DNA from: an uncultured Akkermansia sp.
Lineage (GTDB): Bacteria; Verrucomicrobiota; Kiritimatiellia; RFP12; JAAYNR01
Assembly: GCA_964580075.1 (NCBI GenBank)
Contig: CAZOJL010000002.1
Span: forward strand, 6,034 to 70,033
Reading direction: 5' to 3'
DNA: 64,000 nt
Numbering within the stretch: the stretch's first letter is position 1; every line of letters starts with the position of its first letter. The notes beneath the pieces were generated by a model, which was not told the DNA's origin, made no database searches, and saw only the letters and a list, made by a program, of their open reading frames with translations. Below, piece after piece: positions 1-9,832 of the stretch. The position numbers were made by a program, and so were the translations under genes.

Positions 1-1622
1 TTTGCCATACGCGGTGGGCCACGCATGGCGCGCCGACCGAGGCCAACGCCCATCCGCATCTGGATCGTTCGGGCCGGATCGCGTTGGTTCACAACGGCAT
101 CATCGAGAACCACGCGGCGTTGCGGCGGAACCTTGAGGCGCGGGGCCATGTGTTCGCCTCCCAGACCGACACCGAGGCGCTGGCCCGGCTTGTCGGCGAG
201 TGTTACCACGGCGATCTGGCGTCGGCGGTGGCCGAGGCGCTGGGGCATGTCACGGGGACGTATGGCATCGCCGTGGTTTCGGCAGACCATCCCGGCGAGC
301 TGGTTGCGGCCCGACGGGGCAGTCCACTGGTCTTGGGCATGGGCTCCGGTGAGACGCTGGTGGCGAGCGATGTGACCGCGGTGATCAGCCGGACGCGGCA
401 GGTGGTCTACCTTGAGGACGGCGATGTGGTGCACATCCGGAACGGGGAGGCGGATATTCGTACCCGCGACCGGGTGCCGGTTTCGCGCCGCGTGGACATG
501 GTGGACTGGGATGCCGGCGCGGCGGAGAAGGGCGGGTTTGCGCACTTCATGATGAAAGAGATCCACGATCAGCCCGAGGCGATCGAAAACGCCCTTCGGG
601 GCCGGTTGGATCTGGATGCGGGCACGGCGGTATGCGCCGGCCTGGGGCTGTCGCCACGCGAGCTGGCCGCTGTCCGCCGCATCGTGGTCGTGGCGTGCGG
701 CACGTCGCTGCATGCCGGCATGGCCGGCAAATACGCCTTTGAAGGGCTGGCGGGGATCCCGGTCGAAGCGGAGCAGGCTGCCGAGTTCCGCTACCGCAAC
801 CCGATCCTCTCGCCCGATGATCTCGTGCTTGCCGTGAGCCAGTCGGGTGAAACGGCCGACACCCTGGCGGCGGTGCGCGAGGCTTCGGGAAAAGGGACGT
901 GGGTGGCGGGCATCTGCAACGTGGTCGGCTCGACCATCGCCCGGGCGGCCGGGCGGGGCGTCTATCTCCATGCCGGGCCCGAGATCGGCGTGGCCTCGAC
1001 CAAGGCGTTTACCAGCCAGCTCACGGTGCTGACCGCGCTCGCACTCAAGTTTGGCCGTGGCCGCAGGCTCTCCCGCGAGGAGGGAATCGGCCTGTGTCAC
1101 GAGCTGCAATCCCTTCCCGATGCGGTGCGCCGCGTGTTGGCGCAGAACGACCGGATCGCCGCGCTGGCCGAGCGTTATGGTCAGACACGCGACATGTTTT
1201 ACATCGGCCGCGGGGTGCTCTTTCCGGTCGCGCTGGAGGGCGCGCTCAAGATCAAGGAAATCAGCTACATCCACGCCGAGGGTTACCACGCGGCCGAACT
1301 GAAGCACGGCCCCATCGCGCTGCTGGACGAACACGTGCCGGTGGTGGCTTTGTTGAATGACATTCCGGGCAAGGAAAAGACGCTGGGCAATGCGCAGGAA
1401 TGCCGCGCCCGCAGCGCGCCGGTCCTGGGAATCGTCACGGAGGGTGATGACGAGGCGTGTGCCGTTGCGGACGCCGTCATCGAGGTGCCGCGCCTGGGTT
1501 TGTATACCACGCCGATCGTCACGGTCGTCGCGCTGCAGATGCTGGCGTATCACGTCGCCCGTCTCCGAGGCTGTCCCATTGACCAGCCGCGCAATCTGGC
1601 GAAGAGCGTCACCGTCGAATAA
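1..1622 (+). CDS. glmS: Glutamine--fructose-6-phosphate aminotransferase (GlmS), 5'-truncated at the window edge
   Basis: Translation (..VHNGIIENH.. through ..DQPRNLAKSVTVE*) aligns along its length with E. coli GlmS, including the SIS domains and the conserved C-terminal KSVTVE. The N-terminal glutaminase part lies upstream of the window. Confidence 0.9.
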   Translation, partial: CHTRWATHGAPTEANAHPHLDRSGRIALVHNGIIENHAALRRNLEARGHVFASQTDTEALARLVGECYHGDLASAVAEALGHVTGTYGIAVVSADHPGELVAARRGSPLVLGMGSGETLVASDVTAVISRTRQVVYLEDGDVVHIRNGEADIRTRDRVPVSRRVDMVDWDAGAAEKGGFAHFMMKEIHDQPEAIENALRGRLDLDAGTAVCAGLGLSPRELAAVRRIVVVACGTSLHAGMAGKYAFEGLAGIPVEAEQAAEFRYRNPILSPDDLVLAVSQSGETADTLAAVREASGKGTWVAGICNVVGSTIARAAGRGVYLHAGPEIGVASTKAFTSQLTVLTALALKFGRGRRLSREEGIGLCHELQSLPDAVRRVLAQNDRIAALAERYGQTRDMFYIGRGVLFPVALEGALKIKEISYIHAEGYHAAELKHGPIALLDEHVPVVALLNDIPGKEKTLGNAQECRARSAPVLGIVTEGDDEACAVADAVIEVPRLGLYTTPIVTVVALQMLAYHVARLRGCPIDQPRNLAKSVTVE

Positions 1623-1647
1623 CCAATTGACACACGGAATCGAGAGG

Positions 1648-3003
1648 ATGCATATGGGAAAATTGTTTGGCACGGACGGCGTTCGGGGGCAGGCCAATTG
1701 CGACCCGGTGACCCCCGAAATGGCGCTGCAGATCGGCAAGGCCGTCGCGGCGGTGATCGGCGCGAGCGGACACAGCAGCAAGCGCGTCGTCCTGGGCAAG
1801 GACACGCGGCTTTCCGGCTACATGCTCGAGAGCGCCCTGACCAGCGGCCTCGTCTCGATGGGCGCCGACGTCTTTCTCGTCGGCCCCGTGCCCACGCCCG
1901 CCGTGGCGCACCTGACTCGCTCGCTCGCGGCGGATGCGGGGATCATGGTGACGGCGTCGCACAATCCATTTGACGACAACGGCATCAAGCTCTTCAATTC
2001 CGACGGCTACAAGCTCGACGACGCGGCGGAGGAGGCGATCTCCGAGCGGGTGTTGAGCGGGCGTATTCTCTCGGACCACATCCGAAGCGATCAATTGGGC
2101 AAGGCCTATCGCGTGGACGACGCCCGCGGGCGCTACATCGAGTTCACCAAAAGCACGATCCGCAACGAGAAGCTGAGTCCGCTCAAGATTGTTCTGGACG
2201 CCGCCAATGGCGCGGGCTACCAGATGGCGCCGTACATCTTTCGTGAGCTGGGCGCGTCGATTGTGAAAATGAACACCGACCCGGACGGCTACAACATCAA
2301 CAATGGGTGCGGCGCGCTCCATCCCGAGGTGATGGCCGGGCGCGTCCGGGAGTGCGGCGCGGATCTCGGGATCGCGCTGGACGGCGATGCCGACCGGGTG
2401 ATCTTCAGTGACGCGGACGGGTGTGTCGTCGACGGCGATCGGATTCTGGCGATCTGCGCGCTGGCGTTCCACGAGGCGGGCGTGTTGGCCGAAGACACGC
2501 TGGTCTGCACGAGCATGAGCAACCTGGGGTTGCACGAGGCGATGAAGCGGCACGGCATCTCCGTCGCGGTGACGGACGTCGGCGACCGGTACGTGATCGA
2601 GCGGATGCGCGCGTCCGGCCTTTCGCTGGGCGGAGAGAAATCGGGGCACTTGATTTTTCACGACTTTGCCACAACCGGCGACGGCATCATCAGCGCCCTG
2701 CAGGTGATGCGCGTCATGAAGCAAACCGGCAAATCGCTCGCGACGCTGGCCGCCTGCATGGAGGAATATCCCCAGAGGCTGACGGGACTGAAGGTTCGCG
2801 AAAAGCCGCCGATCCCGGAGGTGCCAGCGCTCGCCGCCGCCATCCGGGAGGCCGAGCAGGCGCTTGCCGGCGTGGGCCGGATCGTGGTCCGATATTCCGG
2901 AACCGAGCCCAAAATCCGCATTCTGGTCGAGGCGCGGACGCAGGCGCTTGTTGACCAGTGGCATGATCACGTGGCCGCAGCCATCTACCAGACCGTGGTG
3001 TGA
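1648..3003 (+). CDS. glmM: Phosphoglucosamine mutase
   Basis: MHMGKLFGTDGVRG N-terminus and phosphoserine-loop region (TASHNP) typical of GlmM. GAGAGG Shine-Dalgarno at 1642-1647 precedes the ATG at 1648. The 1357 ORF start is an upstream in-frame extension that overlaps glmS. Confidence 0.88.
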   Translation: MHMGKLFGTDGVRGQANCDPVTPEMALQIGKAVAAVIGASGHSSKRVVLGKDTRLSGYMLESALTSGLVSMGADVFLVGPVPTPAVAHLTRSLAADAGIMVTASHNPFDDNGIKLFNSDGYKLDDAAEEAISERVLSGRILSDHIRSDQLGKAYRVDDARGRYIEFTKSTIRNEKLSPLKIVLDAANGAGYQMAPYIFRELGASIVKMNTDPDGYNINNGCGALHPEVMAGRVRECGADLGIALDGDADRVIFSDADGCVVDGDRILAICALAFHEAGVLAEDTLVCTSMSNLGLHEAMKRHGISVAVTDVGDRYVIERMRASGLSLGGEKSGHLIFHDFATTGDGIISALQVMRVMKQTGKSLATLAACMEEYPQRLTGLKVREKPPIPEVPALAAAIREAEQALAGVGRIVVRYSGTEPKIRILVEARTQALVDQWHDHVAAAIYQTVV

Positions 3004-3051
3004 TGCATACCGGTGAGGGGCTCCGTGCCCATCCGGATCCGAGGAGTGCCG

Positions 3052-4236
3052 ATGAAAACAGACACGTTAAAACGTCGGTTGCAGGAGCGGGGTGTGGTGC
3101 TTGTGGATCCCGCCACCGTGTACGTGGCGCCCGATGTGGCGCCGGAACGGATTGAAGCCGGCGTGGTGCTCCATCCCGGATGCAGGCTCGAGGGGCGTGA
3201 TCTGGCGCTGGGGCCGAATTGCCGTTTGGGCGTCGAGGGGCCGATCCGGCTGAAGGACTGCCAGTTGGGGGCGGACGTGGTGCTCGGGGGAGGGAGTTTC
3301 GAGCGGGCGACGTTGTTGGACGGGGTGAGCGGCGCGGATCAGGCGCATGTGCGGCCGGGGTGTCTTCTGGAGGAGCGGGCGACGTTCGGCCATTGCTGCG
3401 GGTTTAAGCAGACGATCCTCATGCCTTTTGCGACGACGGGGAGTCTGGTCAACTTCTGCGATTGTTTGCTCGCGGGGGGAACCGGGAGCCACGACCACTC
3501 CGAGGTCGGGTCGTCTTTTGTCCATTTCAACTTCACCCCGCACGGTGACAAAGCGACGGCGTCACTCTTCGGCGACGTGACCGACGGCGTGCTGTTGCGG
3601 AGCGGGCGGATCTTTCTGGGGGGCCAGTGCGGGGCGGTAGGCCCGGTGCGTGTGGCTTACGGGTCGGTGCTGGCGGCGGGGCAGGTGCTGCGCCACGACG
3701 TCGAGACGCCCGATTTGCTGGTCGTGCCGCCGACGCTCCCGCCGGGGGATCGCCCGTACGACATGGGCTACCGGCGTCCGGAGCGGGTGGTCCACAACAA
3801 TCTGGTCTACATCGGCAACCTGCTGGCGCTCGACCAGTGGTATCGCCACGTCCGGTTCGGATTCATGACCCGCACCCTGGAGGGCGCGCGCTGCCATGCC
3901 GGCGCGATACAGCGGGTGGACGAGGCCCTGCGCGAGCGGGTGGAGCGGCTCGCCGTGTTTGTCCGCCTGATCGGGGAGGGTGCCGCGCGTGCGAGTTTTC
4001 CGGGCGGGTGGGAGCCGGTGTGCGAACGGATCGAGCAGGCGCTGGCGTCACGGGCCGCGATCGGCAGGCCCGATGCGATCGAAACGATTGTCACCTCCCT
4101 AGCGGGCGCGAGCTGGCCCGCGGCCGTGCAACGGCTTGACGCCGATGCGGCCGGTGCCCTGCGAAGCTGGCTGAAGTCGGTCGTCTCCGTCATCGTCGGT
4201 GGCGCCGGCAAGCAGGGCACGGGAAGGATGGAGTAG
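3052..4236 (+). CDS. Hexapeptide-repeat (left-handed beta-helix) acyltransferase-like protein
   Basis: Repeated [LIV]-G-x-x-x-x hexapeptide pattern (VYVAPDV..IEAGVVLHPGCRLEG..LGPNCRLGVEG) resembling the GlmU C-terminal acetyltransferase domain. AGGAGTG Shine-Dalgarno precedes the ATG at 3052. Follows glmS-glmM. Confidence 0.5.
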   Translation: MKTDTLKRRLQERGVVLVDPATVYVAPDVAPERIEAGVVLHPGCRLEGRDLALGPNCRLGVEGPIRLKDCQLGADVVLGGGSFERATLLDGVSGADQAHVRPGCLLEERATFGHCCGFKQTILMPFATTGSLVNFCDCLLAGGTGSHDHSEVGSSFVHFNFTPHGDKATASLFGDVTDGVLLRSGRIFLGGQCGAVGPVRVAYGSVLAAGQVLRHDVETPDLLVVPPTLPPGDRPYDMGYRRPERVVHNNLVYIGNLLALDQWYRHVRFGFMTRTLEGARCHAGAIQRVDEALRERVERLAVFVRLIGEGAARASFPGGWEPVCERIEQALASRAAIGRPDAIETIVTSLAGASWPAAVQRLDADAAGALRSWLKSVVSVIVGGAGKQGTGRME

Positions 4237-5521
4237 CGGCGTTGTGCGAAACAGCGAAAAACGGGATGTTGCCGTGCGGACGTTGCGGGCGCTGCTGGTG
4301 CTGGTCGCGGCCTCGGCGCTAGCCCTTGTTCTCTGCGGTGTCTTCTGGCGCATGCGTCAGCCGACGCGCCCGGGGGGCGGGGATGAGCGTCCCGCCGACC
4401 CGGCGTCGTTGTCCGGGGTCCGAGCCGCTTCTATTATTGCGCCACACACCGCCGCCGTCTGGCGCGTGACGCATTCCCCCGGTGTCGGCGGTCGGGATCC
4501 ATCCCAGCCGCATGCATTTTCAAATTCCCTTTTCCAGGCGCGCTCCGAGCCGCCGCGCGGTCCCCCCGCCGCCGGCCCGGATGGCGCGGGGGTGGCCGCC
4601 GCCGGCGCCACGGGCGAGCACCCCCTGTTTGCCGCTTTGCGCGCCAGCGCGGGACAGCCCATTCCAGCCGAAGTGCGCGCATTGGCGCTTGAGATCACGG
4701 ACGGCAGCACCAACGATCTGCAGCGTGCCCGCTTGATTTACGACTGGATCACCGATTATATCCGGTACGATACGGAAGAGTGGGCGCACGTGGTCGCTGG
4801 CGCCGAGGACTACTGTCACGACCACGACCCGCTCAGCGTGCTGCGCCGCGGCACGACGGTCTGCATTGGCTACGCCTGGCTGTTCGACGCATTGGCGCAA
4901 AGCGTCGGCTTGCGTGCGACATATCTGATCGGTGATGTGCGCGGCTATCGCGGCACCGAGGATGATACGCTCGTCAGCGCCTTCAAACACGCCTGGAACG
5001 CGGTCGAGGTTGACCAGACATGGATGCTTCTAGACGCGACCTGGGGGGCGCGTCAGACTGAACAGGTCGAAGACGCCTATGCGGCGCGCCGCGCCTACTA
5101 CTTTAACACGCCGGCCAACCAGATGATATTCGATCATCTGCCCGAATCGGCTGCGTGGCAGCTCTTGGTGGATCCGGTTCCGGATGTCGCGAGCTTTGCG
5201 GCGCTGCCCAATCTGAAGCCGGCCTTCTTCACCGATGGCTTGCGGCTCGCAAACGCTTTCACGGACACGCTGCATCTGGGGGCGGGCACGCAGGCCGGTA
5301 TTACGCTCCAGGCTCCTGAAGACGTGAGACTGATTGCCACCCTGAGTCAGGCGGATGGTGCGAACACCCGGATGCTGCCTATGGTTCAGGAGGGCGATAG
5401 ACGCGATGTGGTCGTTGGATCGGTTCCGGCGGGCACGTACATCTTACGCGTCTACTCGTCGTCCGGGACGGCCCCCGTCCGTTTCGAATGCGCGGCCGAT
5501 TTTGTCATCGTAGCGGATTAA
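4199..5521 (+). CDS. Transglutaminase-like cysteine-protease superfamily membrane protein
   Basis: N-terminal transmembrane helix (LRALLVLVAASALALVLCGVFW). Transglutaminase-core Cys/His/Asp arrangement (GTTVCIGYAWLF .. HAWNAV .. DATWG). Start uncertain; the first in-frame start overlaps the previous gene. Confidence 0.55.
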   Translation: MAPASRAREGWSSGVVRNSEKRDVAVRTLRALLVLVAASALALVLCGVFWRMRQPTRPGGGDERPADPASLSGVRAASIIAPHTAAVWRVTHSPGVGGRDPSQPHAFSNSLFQARSEPPRGPPAAGPDGAGVAAAGATGEHPLFAALRASAGQPIPAEVRALALEITDGSTNDLQRARLIYDWITDYIRYDTEEWAHVVAGAEDYCHDHDPLSVLRRGTTVCIGYAWLFDALAQSVGLRATYLIGDVRGYRGTEDDTLVSAFKHAWNAVEVDQTWMLLDATWGARQTEQVEDAYAARRAYYFNTPANQMIFDHLPESAAWQLLVDPVPDVASFAALPNLKPAFFTDGLRLANAFTDTLHLGAGTQAGITLQAPEDVRLIATLSQADGANTRMLPMVQEGDRRDVVVGSVPAGTYILRVYSSSGTAPVRFECAADFVIVAD

Positions 5522-5894
5522 CCTATTGAGGCGCTTTCAAAACCTCTGGTTTGTGCAAGCGAAGGGTTCAGGGTTATCAGGGACGAGGTTTATCAGGGTC
5601 GGGCCTTCTGTGCCACCCGCACCTGGGCGCGTGGAGTCGTTACAACCTAAGCCCTCGACCCTCTCCGACCACCTGCCCATCCTCTGCGACGTGCGAATCC
5701 CGGGCGAGGCGTGAGGGTTGGCGTGAGGGTTGCCTACGCGCCCGTTGGCAGCAATTCTAACACTGGCAGCCGCTATCGGGATCCAAATCGGGATCGGGAC
5801 CGAAATTGACGAGAATGCAGGGAATTCGACCCCGACCCCGAACCCGATAGCGATTTCGACTGGTCGGATGTGCTCAAAATTAGAATGGCTGTGA
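5522..5894. repeat. Composite repeat-rich intergenic element. It carries a 'cttgcacaaacc..gaggttttg' module, GGGTT(C/A) tandems, a GGCGTGAGGGTT x2 direct repeat, a conserved 46-mer (5749-5794) and a GATCGGG/CGACCCCG inverted repeat.
   Basis: Seen directly. The 46-mer cagcaattctaacactggcagccgctatcgggatccaaatcgggat recurs at 49997-50042 (reverse complement, identical) and in degenerate form at 35952. The 5526-5575 module recurs inverted at ~16030-16070. Confidence 0.7.
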
Positions 5895-5923
5895 TTGACC
5901 CCAGCTCGTGGGTGGTCTATACT
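5895..5923 (+). promoter_or_regulatory. Putative sigma70-type promoter for ftsH (TTGACC -17 nt- TATACT)
   Basis: Near-consensus -35 and -10 hexamers with a 17-nt spacer, ~30 nt upstream of the ftsH start region. Confidence 0.35.
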
Positions 5924-5954
5924 GAGGGCATTTATCAGGAGCAATTGCCGTAAA

Positions 5955-8054
5955 ATGATGACTGACGAATCGGAGCATGATATGCCGAAGACACCGCCTC
6001 CGCTGCCAAAGGGTGGAGATGGCGGGAAGCGTCCCGCCGGGGGCCCGCCACAACGTTTTATGCTGGCCTGGCTGGTCGTCCTCGTGTTTTTGGGTGTGAC
6101 CTTATGGATGATGTCCGGCAACCGGTCCGCCGGCGGCATGCGCGACATTTCCCAGGGAGAACTGGAGCGGCTCGCCGCTGCGGGCGAGATTGAAAAGGTC
6201 GAGTTCATCCCCGACCCCTCGGGCGGCATCCTCCATGTGCGCGCCGTCAAGAAGGGCGGGCTTGAAAAGTTCAAACTGGTCATCCTGGATTCCGAAGGCA
6301 CGTCTCTCAACGAGCGGTTGCGTGTGCATGGCGTGAATCCTTCGGTCGCGACCAAATCGGTCTGGACGGCCCTGATGTTCCAACTGCTCCCGGTGGTGTT
6401 GTTCATCGGGTTGCTCTACTTCGTCTTCATGCGGCAGGTACGGGCTTCGGGCGTGGGCGCGATGAATTTCGGCAAGAGCCGCGCCAAGATGCTGAATCAG
6501 GACAAGAAGAAGATCACCTTCGCCAACGTGGCCGGGATCAAGGAGGCCAAGGAAGAGGTGCAGGAGATCGTCGAGTTCCTCAAGGAGCCGAAGAAATTTT
6601 CCAGACTGGGGGGGCGCATTCCCAAGGGGGTGCTGCTGATGGGACCGCCCGGCACGGGCAAAACCCTGATGGCCAAGGCGATTGCCGGCGAGGCCGATGT
6701 CCCCTTCTTCAGCATCAGCGGCTCGGACTTTGTGGAGATGTTTGTGGGGGTCGGGGCGTCGCGCGTGCGCGATATGTTCGAGCAGGGCAAGAAGAACGCG
6801 CCGTGCATCATCTTCATTGACGAAATCGATGCCGTTGGTCGCAGCCGATTCACCGGGATTGGCGGGGGGCATGACGAGCGGGAGCAGACGCTCAACGCGC
6901 TGCTCGTTGAGATGGACGGGTTCGAGACCTCCGAAGGCGTGATCATCATTGCGGCGACGAACCGTTCCGACGTGCTCGATCCCGCCTTGCTGCGGCCCGG
7001 GCGGTTTGATCGTCAGATCATGATCGACCTGCCGACGCTCGACGGTCGCGAGGAGATTCTGCGGATGCACGCGCAGAGCCTGAAACTCGGCCCGACCGCG
7101 GACCTGCGTCGCTCGGCCCGTGGCACGCCGGGATTCTCCGGGGCCGATCTGGCCAACCTCCTCAACGAAGCGGCGCTGCTGGCCGCGCGTCAGAACAAAG
7201 AGGGGATTGATCAGACCGATCTTGAGGAAGCCCGCGATAAAGTGTTGTGGGGCCGCGAGCGGCGCAGCCGGGCGATGAGCGAAAAGGAGCGGAATATCAC
7301 CGCGTGGCATGAGGCGGGGCACGCCCTGACGCAGGTCTTGCTGGAACACACCGAACCGGTGCACAAAGTCACGATCATCCCGCGCGGCCAGGCGCTGGGG
7401 GCGACGATGTCGCTGCCGGATCACGACGTGCTCAACCGCACCTGCAACGAGCTGCTGGACCAACTGGTTGTGCTCATGGGCGGGCGCATTGCGGAGAAAC
7501 TGCATACCGGCGATATTTCCACCGGCGCGCGGATGGACATCCGCATGGCGAGCCAGATCGCGCACCACATGGTCTGCGAATACGGGATGAGCGAGGTGAT
7601 CGGTCCCCAGGCGTTTGGAGAAAATCAGGAACTCATCTTTCTCGGGCGTGAAGTCTCGCGGACGCAGTCGCACAGCGATGCCACATCGGAGCGGATTGAC
7701 GCCGAGATCAGCCGGCTGATCCGCGATGCCTGCGACCGGGCCGATGCCCTGCTGACGACTAACCGCGACAAGCTGCAGCTTCTGGTCGACCGCCTTCTCG
7801 AAGAGGAGACGATGGACGGTCGCGAGGTGGCCGATCTGGCGAAGCTGGGGCGGTTTCTGACACGTGGGGAGTTGGCTGAGCGGGATGAGCAGGAGCGCCG
7901 GGCGCGTGCCGAACGGGAAGCTGTGGCCGAGGCTCAGGCGCAGGCTCGGTTGCAGGCCGAAGCGCTGAAAACGGCTCCCGCGCCGGAGACGCTGGCGGCG
8001 GCTGTCGATGGCGAGGCACCGGCTCCGCCAGCGCCACCCGTGCCGCCTGCCTGA
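5955..8054 (+). CDS. ftsH: ATP-dependent zinc metalloprotease FtsH
   Basis: Transmembrane segments, AAA Walker A GPPGTGKT, Walker B IIFIDEID, zinc-binding HEAGHA motif, and a low-complexity Ala/Pro-rich C-terminal tail. Exact start (5955, 5958 or 5982) uncertain. Confidence 0.9.
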   Translation: MMTDESEHDMPKTPPPLPKGGDGGKRPAGGPPQRFMLAWLVVLVFLGVTLWMMSGNRSAGGMRDISQGELERLAAAGEIEKVEFIPDPSGGILHVRAVKKGGLEKFKLVILDSEGTSLNERLRVHGVNPSVATKSVWTALMFQLLPVVLFIGLLYFVFMRQVRASGVGAMNFGKSRAKMLNQDKKKITFANVAGIKEAKEEVQEIVEFLKEPKKFSRLGGRIPKGVLLMGPPGTGKTLMAKAIAGEADVPFFSISGSDFVEMFVGVGASRVRDMFEQGKKNAPCIIFIDEIDAVGRSRFTGIGGGHDEREQTLNALLVEMDGFETSEGVIIIAATNRSDVLDPALLRPGRFDRQIMIDLPTLDGREEILRMHAQSLKLGPTADLRRSARGTPGFSGADLANLLNEAALLAARQNKEGIDQTDLEEARDKVLWGRERRSRAMSEKERNITAWHEAGHALTQVLLEHTEPVHKVTIIPRGQALGATMSLPDHDVLNRTCNELLDQLVVLMGGRIAEKLHTGDISTGARMDIRMASQIAHHMVCEYGMSEVIGPQAFGENQELIFLGREVSRTQSHSDATSERIDAEISRLIRDACDRADALLTTNRDKLQLLVDRLLEEETMDGREVADLAKLGRFLTRGELAERDEQERRARAEREAVAEAQAQARLQAEALKTAPAPETLAAAVDGEAPAPPAPPVPPA

Positions 8055-8072
8055 CCCGGGGGAACGTGCGCG

Positions 8073-8945
8073 ATGGGCTGTGGCAGAGAGACAATGTGGC
8101 GGTGTGACGGACGGACGGTCAGCTTGGACCGGCCGATGGTCATGGGTATTGTCAATGTTACGCCCGACAGTTTTTTCGACGGGGGTTTGTGGGACGGATC
8201 GCCGGATCGTGCGGTTGCCCACGGCGTGGCCCTGCTGGAAGCCGGAGCCGACATGCTGGATATCGGCGGAGAGTCCACGCGGCCCGGTGCGTTCGAGGTG
8301 CCGGTTGATGAGGAACTGAGCCGCGTGATTCCGGTCATCCGCGCGCTGGCCGGCCGGACGCGGGTGCCGTTGGCGGTCGACACCCGGAAGGCGGCGGTCG
8401 CCCGCGCGGCCGTCGCGGCAGGCGCCTGCATCATCAACGACGTCACGGCGCTCGGGGGCGACCCGGCGATGCGGCGGGTGGCGGTCGAGACGGGTGCGGG
8501 CGTGGTGCTCATGCACATGCGTGGCACGCCGCAAACCATGAACGGCCTCGCCGTGTATCGAGATGTCGTGCGGGAGGTGGGTGACGAATTGCGCGCGGCG
8601 GTTGACGCCGCCCGCGCGGCCGGCGTGGCGGCGGAGGCGATTCTGGTCGATCCTGGATTCGGCTTTGCCAAAGAGGTGGAGCATAACGTCGCGCTGCTTC
8701 GCGAGCTGGGTCGGCTGACGGCGCTGGCGCCGGTCATGGTCGGACTGTCGCGCAAGCGGTTCATCGGGGCCCTGACCGGGCGATCGCAGCCGGCTGAGCG
8801 GATGGCCGGGAGCGTCGCCGCCGCGATGCTCGCCGTGCAGCGCGGCGCATCCGTCGTGCGGGTTCACGATGTGCGGGAGACCGTGGACGCGTTGCGTGTT
8901 CTGGTTTCGGTTGCACCGGGAGAGAGGCAGGCCGTAAAATGCTGA
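8073..8945 (+). CDS. folP: Dihydropteroate synthase
   Basis: Pterin-binding motifs (GIVNVTPDSFFDGG, LDIGGESTRPG, VDPGFGFAK). Conserved position after ftsH, as in the E. coli ftsH-folP-glmM arrangement. Confidence 0.85.
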   Translation: MGCGRETMWRCDGRTVSLDRPMVMGIVNVTPDSFFDGGLWDGSPDRAVAHGVALLEAGADMLDIGGESTRPGAFEVPVDEELSRVIPVIRALAGRTRVPLAVDTRKAAVARAAVAAGACIINDVTALGGDPAMRRVAVETGAGVVLMHMRGTPQTMNGLAVYRDVVREVGDELRAAVDAARAAGVAAEAILVDPGFGFAKEVEHNVALLRELGRLTALAPVMVGLSRKRFIGALTGRSQPAERMAGSVAAAMLAVQRGASVVRVHDVRETVDALRVLVSVAPGERQAVKC

Positions 8946-9832
8946 CATCGCTCCAGATCGAATTCCGGGATATTCTGCAGATCGCCATTCTGGCTTCGGT
9001 GCTCTATTACATGCTGCGCTTCATCCGCGGGACGCGGGCCGCAGCCATCCTGATGGGACTGGGAATCGTGATTTTCGTGGTTTTCGCATCCATCAGCATC
9101 TTCAAGCTTGATGTGCTCGGCTGGCTGTTTGGCGGGTTGGCGCTGTACCTCGCCTTCGGGGTGATCATCATTTTTCATCCGGAATTTCGCCGGGGATTGG
9201 CCATTCTCGGGAAACAACCGTTTCTCAGCACGTTGCCGTGGCAGGCCGTGCGGCACATGCAGCCGGAGCGTGTGTCGGAAAAACTCTACGAAGTGGTGGA
9301 CCAGCTCTCGGAGCGGCGGATTGGCGCCCTGATCGCCATCGAGCGGACGGAGAATCTCGACATGTTTGTGGAAACGGGCGTGCGGATCGAGGCTCCGCTG
9401 GTTTCGGAACTCCTCCAGACGCTCTTTTATCCGCCCGCGCCGTTGCATGACGGCGGGGTGATCGTCAGGGGCGAGCACATTGTGGCGGCCCGGTGCATTT
9501 TTCCGCTGTCGGAGCGGCAACGCCCTGATTTGAAGGGGCTGGGGACGCGCCATCAGGCGGCGGTGGGGTTGAGCGAGGCGAACGACGCGGTCGTCATTGT
9601 CATCTCCGAAGAGACGGGGGCCGTGTCCATCGCGCACGACGGCAAATTCTACCGGGGGATGCGTCCGGACGCGTTGCGCCGCTATTTGCGGGCGCTGGAT
9701 CCGCGGCAATCCGACGACCACATGACGTTCGGGCGATTTCTGGAGCGTCTCAACCAGCGGAGTACAGAGAACGGTTTTTCGCAACGGTTCCTGCAGTTCG
9801 TCCATCGGAAGCGGGAGGTGCGTCATGACTAA
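8939..9832 (+). CDS. cdaA: Diadenylate cyclase (c-di-AMP synthase) CdaA
   Basis: Three N-terminal transmembrane helices followed by a DAC domain with LHDGGVIV and GTRHQAAVGLSE (DGA / RHR-type) motifs. Overlaps the folP stop. Confidence 0.85.
   Translation: MLTSLQIEFRDILQIAILASVLYYMLRFIRGTRAAAILMGLGIVIFVVFASISIFKLDVLGWLFGGLALYLAFGVIIIFHPEFRRGLAILGKQPFLSTLPWQAVRHMQPERVSEKLYEVVDQLSERRIGALIAIERTENLDMFVETGVRIEAPLVSELLQTLFYPPAPLHDGGVIVRGEHIVAARCIFPLSERQRPDLKGLGTRHQAAVGLSEANDAVVIVISEETGAVSIAHDGKFYRGMRPDALRRYLRALDPRQSDDHMTFGRFLERLNQRSTENGFSQRFLQFVHRKREVRHD

Noticed and set aside
1357-1647. Upstream in-frame extension of glmM starting at 1357
   Set aside because: It overlaps the glmS coding region by ~260 nt. 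The conserved GlmM N-terminus begins at MGKLFGTDGVRG, with a Shine-Dalgarno before 1648.
6102-8948. 948-aa ORF antisense to ftsH and folP. Similar long antisense ORFs occur at 1609-2970, 8864-10057, 12520-13683, 14583-16097, 17188-18942, 19739-22162, 21738-23555, 24711-25994 and 57063-59483.
   Set aside because: Their compositions are Arg/Pro/His-rich and low-complexity, typical of stop-codon-poor antisense frames in high-GC DNA. The opposite strand carries clearly homologous genes (ftsH, glmM, ftsK, murC/B and others).
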